Positions 28,216 to 32,000 of a DNA stretch of 32,000 nt are shown in pieces (within the stretch, counting starts at the first letter, position 1; every line of letters starts with the position of its first letter). The DNA comes from Crocosphaera sp. (lineage in GTDB: Bacteria; Cyanobacteriota; Cyanobacteriia; Cyanobacteriales; Microcystaceae), in the NCBI GenBank assembly GCA_030066295.1, contig JASJBX010000056.1, forward strand, positions 1-32,000. The letters run 5' to 3'. A program made the translations under genes and the position numbers. A model generated the notes under the pieces. It saw only the letters and a program-made list of their open reading frames with translations, was not told where the DNA came from and made no database searches.

Positions 28216-29418
28216 ATGAAAGTTGCTATTATCCGAGAAGAAAAAAATCCTCCAGATTCTAGAGTGCCTTTAACCCCAGAACAATGTCAATATTTAATGC
28301 AAACCGATCAAAATTTAGAGATAGTTATTCAAGCTAGTGAAAAGCGATGTTTTTCTGATTTAGAATATCAAAAAAGAGGTATTTCTGTCGTTAATAATAT
28401 TAGCAACTGTGACATTTTGCTAGGAGTTAAAGAAGTACCGATTGCTGCTTTAATTCCTGAGAAAACTTACTTGTTTTTTTCCCATACTCATAAAGAGCAA
28501 CCTTATAATCGAAAACTTTTACAGACAATTTTAAAGAAAAAAATACGTTTAATTGACTACGAATGTCTTTGTGATAACCAAGGAAAAAGAGTCATCGCTT
28601 TTGGTCATTGGGCGGGGGTTGTGGGGGCGCATAATGCTATATTAGCCTGGGGAAAACGTCAGCAAACTTTTGCGTTAAAACCTATGCACCAATGTTATGA
28701 TTTTGCTGAGGCAAAGACTTATTATGAAAATTTATCTTTGCCTAATTTTAAAATAGTAATTACTGGAGATGGAAGGGTTAGCAATGGTGCAGCGACGGTG
28801 TTAGATTTAATGAATATCAAACAAGTTGCACCTCAAGACTTTGTAACGCAACAATTTTCCTCTCCTGTTTATACAAAATTATCAGTACAAGATATGTATT
28901 ATAAAAAAGGAGAAGATATATTCAATGAGTCTGACTATTATAAACATCCAGAACAATATTCTTCTAGTTTTGAACCTTATACTAAGGTAAGTGATATCAT
29001 GATCAACGGCATTTATTGGGAGAAAGGCGTGCCTGTTTTCTTCACCAAAGAAGACATGAAAAAAGATGATTTTAAAATCAAAGTAATTGCCGATGTTACC
29101 TGTGATATTGCTCCAGATGCCTCTATTCCTTGCACCGTTAGACCTTCTACTATTGCCGAGCCAATTTACGGATATGAGCCTTATTTAGAAAGAGAAAGTC
29201 AGCCATTTCAACCTCAAACCATTGATATAATGGCAGTGGATAATTTACCGAATGAATTACCCCGTGATGCTTCAGAAGACTTCGGAAAACAGTTAATTGA
29301 TCGGGTGTGGGATGAGTTAAACAAAACAGATAGTCAAATGATTTATCATGGGACCATTGCCCTCAATGGACAATTAAACGAACCCTACGAATATCTCCAT
29401 GATTTTGTTGATTTTTAA
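28216..29418 (+). CDS. AlaDH/PNT-fold NAD(P) oxidoreductase, saccharopine dehydrogenase (lysine-forming)/LKR-like
   Basis: The N-terminus is MKVAIIREEKNPPDSRVPLTPEQ. A Rossmann-like VITGDGRVSNGA is in the middle and AVDNLPNELPRDAS near the C-terminus. Confidence 0.6.
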   Translation: MKVAIIREEKNPPDSRVPLTPEQCQYLMQTDQNLEIVIQASEKRCFSDLEYQKRGISVVNNISNCDILLGVKEVPIAALIPEKTYLFFSHTHKEQPYNRKLLQTILKKKIRLIDYECLCDNQGKRVIAFGHWAGVVGAHNAILAWGKRQQTFALKPMHQCYDFAEAKTYYENLSLPNFKIVITGDGRVSNGAATVLDLMNIKQVAPQDFVTQQFSSPVYTKLSVQDMYYKKGEDIFNESDYYKHPEQYSSSFEPYTKVSDIMINGIYWEKGVPVFFTKEDMKKDDFKIKVIADVTCDIAPDASIPCTVRPSTIAEPIYGYEPYLERESQPFQPQTIDIMAVDNLPNELPRDASEDFGKQLIDRVWDELNKTDSQMIYHGTIALNGQLNEPYEYLHDFVDF

Positions 29419-29586
29419 CAAGAATTTGATATTTAATTAGGTGTATAAAATACAATTATAGTTAATTTCAATAAAAAGGAGAAAAAACCTACCTTCTTTA
29501 TTATTAAGATAGTGAGCAAGATGCTCAAATTCCTCTGTTTTGAAACGACTATAATTCATCTAATTTCGGAACCATACCACCATATC

Positions 29587-32000
29587 CTAACGAAACTGAG
29601 GATCGGTTGTCATTGGTGGAGGGGGTATAGTCAGTTCATCCCCCTCAGTTGTCTCTGATTCTGATAAGGTTCCAGAAGGAGATGTTGCTTGGCCATTCCC
29701 TCCTGTGGCCGAGTTAGGGGTATTTACATTCCCCCCAGTTTCCCCTGGTGTTGTGGTGGTAGAAGGGGACGGTAAATAGGTTTCAATGATAACCGAACGG
29801 GTTTTAGTTTGTCCTTGAGCATCGATCGCAGTTAATTGTAGCGTTTCGGTTTTGGGTTCGCGAGAGAGGTTATAAACTAATCCCCCAGAGGGTTCAACCG
29901 TACCGGGGGCCGGAAGCAATTCAACTTTAAGGGTGTTGTCTCCTTTGACTTGCCATTGTAGAGAAATCGCTTGTTTCTTTTCTAAATTAACTTGGTAACT
30001 GGGAGGGGTAGGGTTTCCATCCACATTAAACTGTAAAATTTCAATGGGAACCGGTTTGGCCGTAACCTCAATGGGTTCACTTTGCACCGATACCGGAGAA
30101 TGATGGAGATTATGGAGAGGAACTAGGGTTAATTGAAAGACGAATTTTCCCACATCTTTAACCTCAGTGGGAAAGTCATGACAAACTAACTGGTTTTGCT
30201 GGAGAGTACAGGAAGTAGGAAGCGGTTTAGAGGATGTTGGTTGAACAATGGTAACTTTTTCCTCAAAGGGTTTTTTGGAGTCAGTGGAACGAACGGAGAG
30301 GATTAACTGTTTGATGAAACGAAAATTATCAACAGTCCAGTTTAACTTAATTCCGTCTTTTACCCCCTCTATATATTTGGTATTAGTCGCTGTTAACTGG
30401 GACAAAGCAGGTTGAGGAATGGGACTAATAGAAATAAGAGAAGTCGTAACGGGAGGTAACGGGGTTGGTGGATCACCCTTGGGGGTTAAGGTGAGTTGAA
30501 AGCGATAATTTCCCGCTTTAAAGCCATCCGTTGGCACATTGGTACACAAGAGGGTTTGATCTAAAGAACAAAATTCTTGTAAGCTATCAGGAATCCCTTG
30601 ACTAAAATCATAGGAAATGGGTTGAGATAACACCTCTCCTTCGGGAGACACCCCCATCAATTGTAAGGTTGCCAGTTGTTGAGGATGGGCAATCTGCCAA
30701 TTTAAACGAATCACTTGGTTATCGATGGCATCATAGCGATTATTTTGGGGCGTAAACCTACTAACTTGGGGGTTTGGCGGCTTTTTGGTCAATAACCACC
30801 ACCCTAACCCCATTAAACCCGCTAACAGCAGTAAAATACCTAAAATACATAAATAGAGATGCCACCAGGGACGCTGTTTCCAAAGTAAAACCCCAGGAAG
30901 TCGAGAAATAGGCAAAGGAAGTCCTTGAAGATCCCTAACTTCTACGGTGAAATTGAACGCTCTGCCGGTAAAGGGACGTTTCCAAGGATGAGGCGGAATA
31001 ATGTGTAAATTAACCAGGGTTTGTTCTTGAGGATATAATTCGACAATGGTACGATCTAACCTGTATTGACACAGGCGATCGCCTTCTGTGTCGATCACCT
31101 CTAGTTGTAGTTTGCGGTTGGTATTCCCTTGATTGTCCAGGCGAATTTCATACCATCCTGGTTTGTCAATCACCGTTCCTACCTGGGTGATCAGTTGCCA
31201 ATCAACTTGATAGAGTGGGAGAACTTTGAGGTGAATTAAATCAAATAAAGCCAGATTGTCCCCATAATTGGTGGATAAAATTTGTAACGTTGGGGAATAG
31301 CGGCCCGCTTTGATCGTGGCAGGAAGGGTCAAAAAGAATTGAATTTGTCCCTTTTGTCCAGGGTTTAATTCTAATCCATCACTAGAGGTAATCATTCCCC
31401 CAACGGTAGCCGCATCCGGATAGATCACTTTAAACCAATCATCAGACAAGTCATCACAACTCAAATAAAAGCGATCGACTTGATTAGAGCGATTATGAAT
31501 GGTTAAGGTGAAGGGGGTTAAATCTCCACCCAGGACTTCTAGAGGGTTATCTGAGCGAGTCAGAGGAGAGATGGTAAAAGTTGGATCATTGAGATCACGG
31601 GTTTGCTCAATAGTAGGTAAAACTCGCACTTCTCCCCGATAAAATTTGGGTAGTTGCCCTTGATAATATGAAGGGGGAAGGACATCTTCTGAAAAGATGT
31701 CGAGTTTGAGACGATAAGAATAAACTTTTGGAAGAGCATCAATAGGAATGTCAAATTTAAAGATGAATTCACGAGTTTGCTCAGCCTCAATACCGAATGC
31801 TGTCTGAGGAGAAACACAGCATTGTGGCAACATTTCCCCGGGGTCTTCTATGGTGAGAGTAAGAACAACACTGTCTTGGCCCTTATTGGCAACGGTAACA
31901 CTCAGATAAAAGGTTTCCCCGGCTATGATTGAGACTTGGGAGGAAGGGTTGCGAATAACACCCAAGGGAAAATCAAGGCCATTTTGTTGTTGATTAAGTT
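29587..32000 (-). CDS. Large single-TM protein with repeated beta-sandwich-like modules (5' end outside window)
   Basis: The frame stays open upstream of the track start (a TTG) to the window edge (..LNQQQNGLDFPLGVIRN..). It has three CARDB/NEW3-like modules (for example FTLTIHNRSNQVDRFYLSCDDLSDDW). One TM helix (HLYLCILGILLLLAGLMGLGWWLL) follows, then three Ig-like repeats and a T/G/P-rich tail. Confidence 0.7.
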   Translation of the reverse strand, partial: LNQQQNGLDFPLGVIRNPSSQVSIIAGETFYLSVTVANKGQDSVVLTLTIEDPGEMLPQCCVSPQTAFGIEAEQTREFIFKFDIPIDALPKVYSYRLKLDIFSEDVLPPSYYQGQLPKFYRGEVRVLPTIEQTRDLNDPTFTISPLTRSDNPLEVLGGDLTPFTLTIHNRSNQVDRFYLSCDDLSDDWFKVIYPDAATVGGMITSSDGLELNPGQKGQIQFFLTLPATIKAGRYSPTLQILSTNYGDNLALFDLIHLKVLPLYQVDWQLITQVGTVIDKPGWYEIRLDNQGNTNRKLQLEVIDTEGDRLCQYRLDRTIVELYPQEQTLVNLHIIPPHPWKRPFTGRAFNFTVEVRDLQGLPLPISRLPGVLLWKQRPWWHLYLCILGILLLLAGLMGLGWWLLTKKPPNPQVSRFTPQNNRYDAIDNQVIRLNWQIAHPQQLATLQLMGVSPEGEVLSQPISYDFSQGIPDSLQEFCSLDQTLLCTNVPTDGFKAGNYRFQLTLTPKGDPPTPLPPVTTSLISISPIPQPALSQLTATNTKYIEGVKDGIKLNWTVDNFRFIKQLILSVRSTDSKKPFEEKVTIVQPTSSKPLPTSCTLQQNQLVCHDFPTEVKDVGKFVFQLTLVPLHNLHHSPVSVQSEPIEVTAKPVPIEILQFNVDGNPTPPSYQVNLEKKQAISLQWQVKGDNTLKVELLPAPGTVEPSGGLVYNLSREPKTETLQLTAIDAQGQTKTRSVIIETYLPSPSTTTTPGETGGNVNTPNSATGGNGQATSPSGTLSESETTEGDELTIPPPPMTTDPQFR

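Noticed and set aside
1-32000. Mobile element, prophage, defence island or CRISPR array
   Set aside because: There are no transposase, integrase or Cas-like ORFs, no long terminal inverted repeats, and no spaced repeat arrays. All tandem repeats are shorter than 90 bp with 7-9 bp units.

Overview
This window looks like ordinary, mostly housekeeping chromosome of a cyanobacterium. That assignment is an inference from 16 perfect HIP1 octamers (GCGATCGC) that I counted by eye, two Tic22-like genes, a tocopherol cyclase, YggT/Ycf19 and a fused panC-cmk. The AT-rich codon usage resembles unicellular Cyanothece/Crocosphaera-type genomes, but I cannot prove that here. I can support about 33 protein-coding genes. 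They include an open-ended metH that the ORF track misses, argC, ruvC, prmC, moaC, grxC and rlpA. They also include a Nudix hydrolase, a PiuC-type hydroxylase, a TM0106 RecB-like nuclease, an MscS-family channel, and a cbiM-PDGLE-cbiQ metal-uptake module. I saw no rRNA, tRNA, CRISPR array, transposase, integrase or phage genes, and I found no convincing novel multi-gene system. The leads worth a second look are listed here.
- An ORF-free leader of about 0.5 kb before argC, with a nested stem-loop that could form a pseudoknot.
- A G-quadruplex-type (GGGGAGAT)n repeat at the start of that leader.
- A small lipoprotein ending in a (GGE)n tail encoded by a 9-bp repeat, divergent from the hydroxylase gene.
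- A cbiM/PDGLE/cbiQ module with no ATPase gene, translationally coupled to a lipoate-ligase-like gene and moaC. It also has an AT-only hairpin and a heptad repeat running into the cbiQ start codon.
- An orphan intrinsic terminator in a 17 percent GC spacer.
- A large single-TM protein with repeated beta-sandwich-like modules on both sides of the TM helix. It is truncated by the window edge.
All functional calls rest on motifs I read in the translations. No database search was run.
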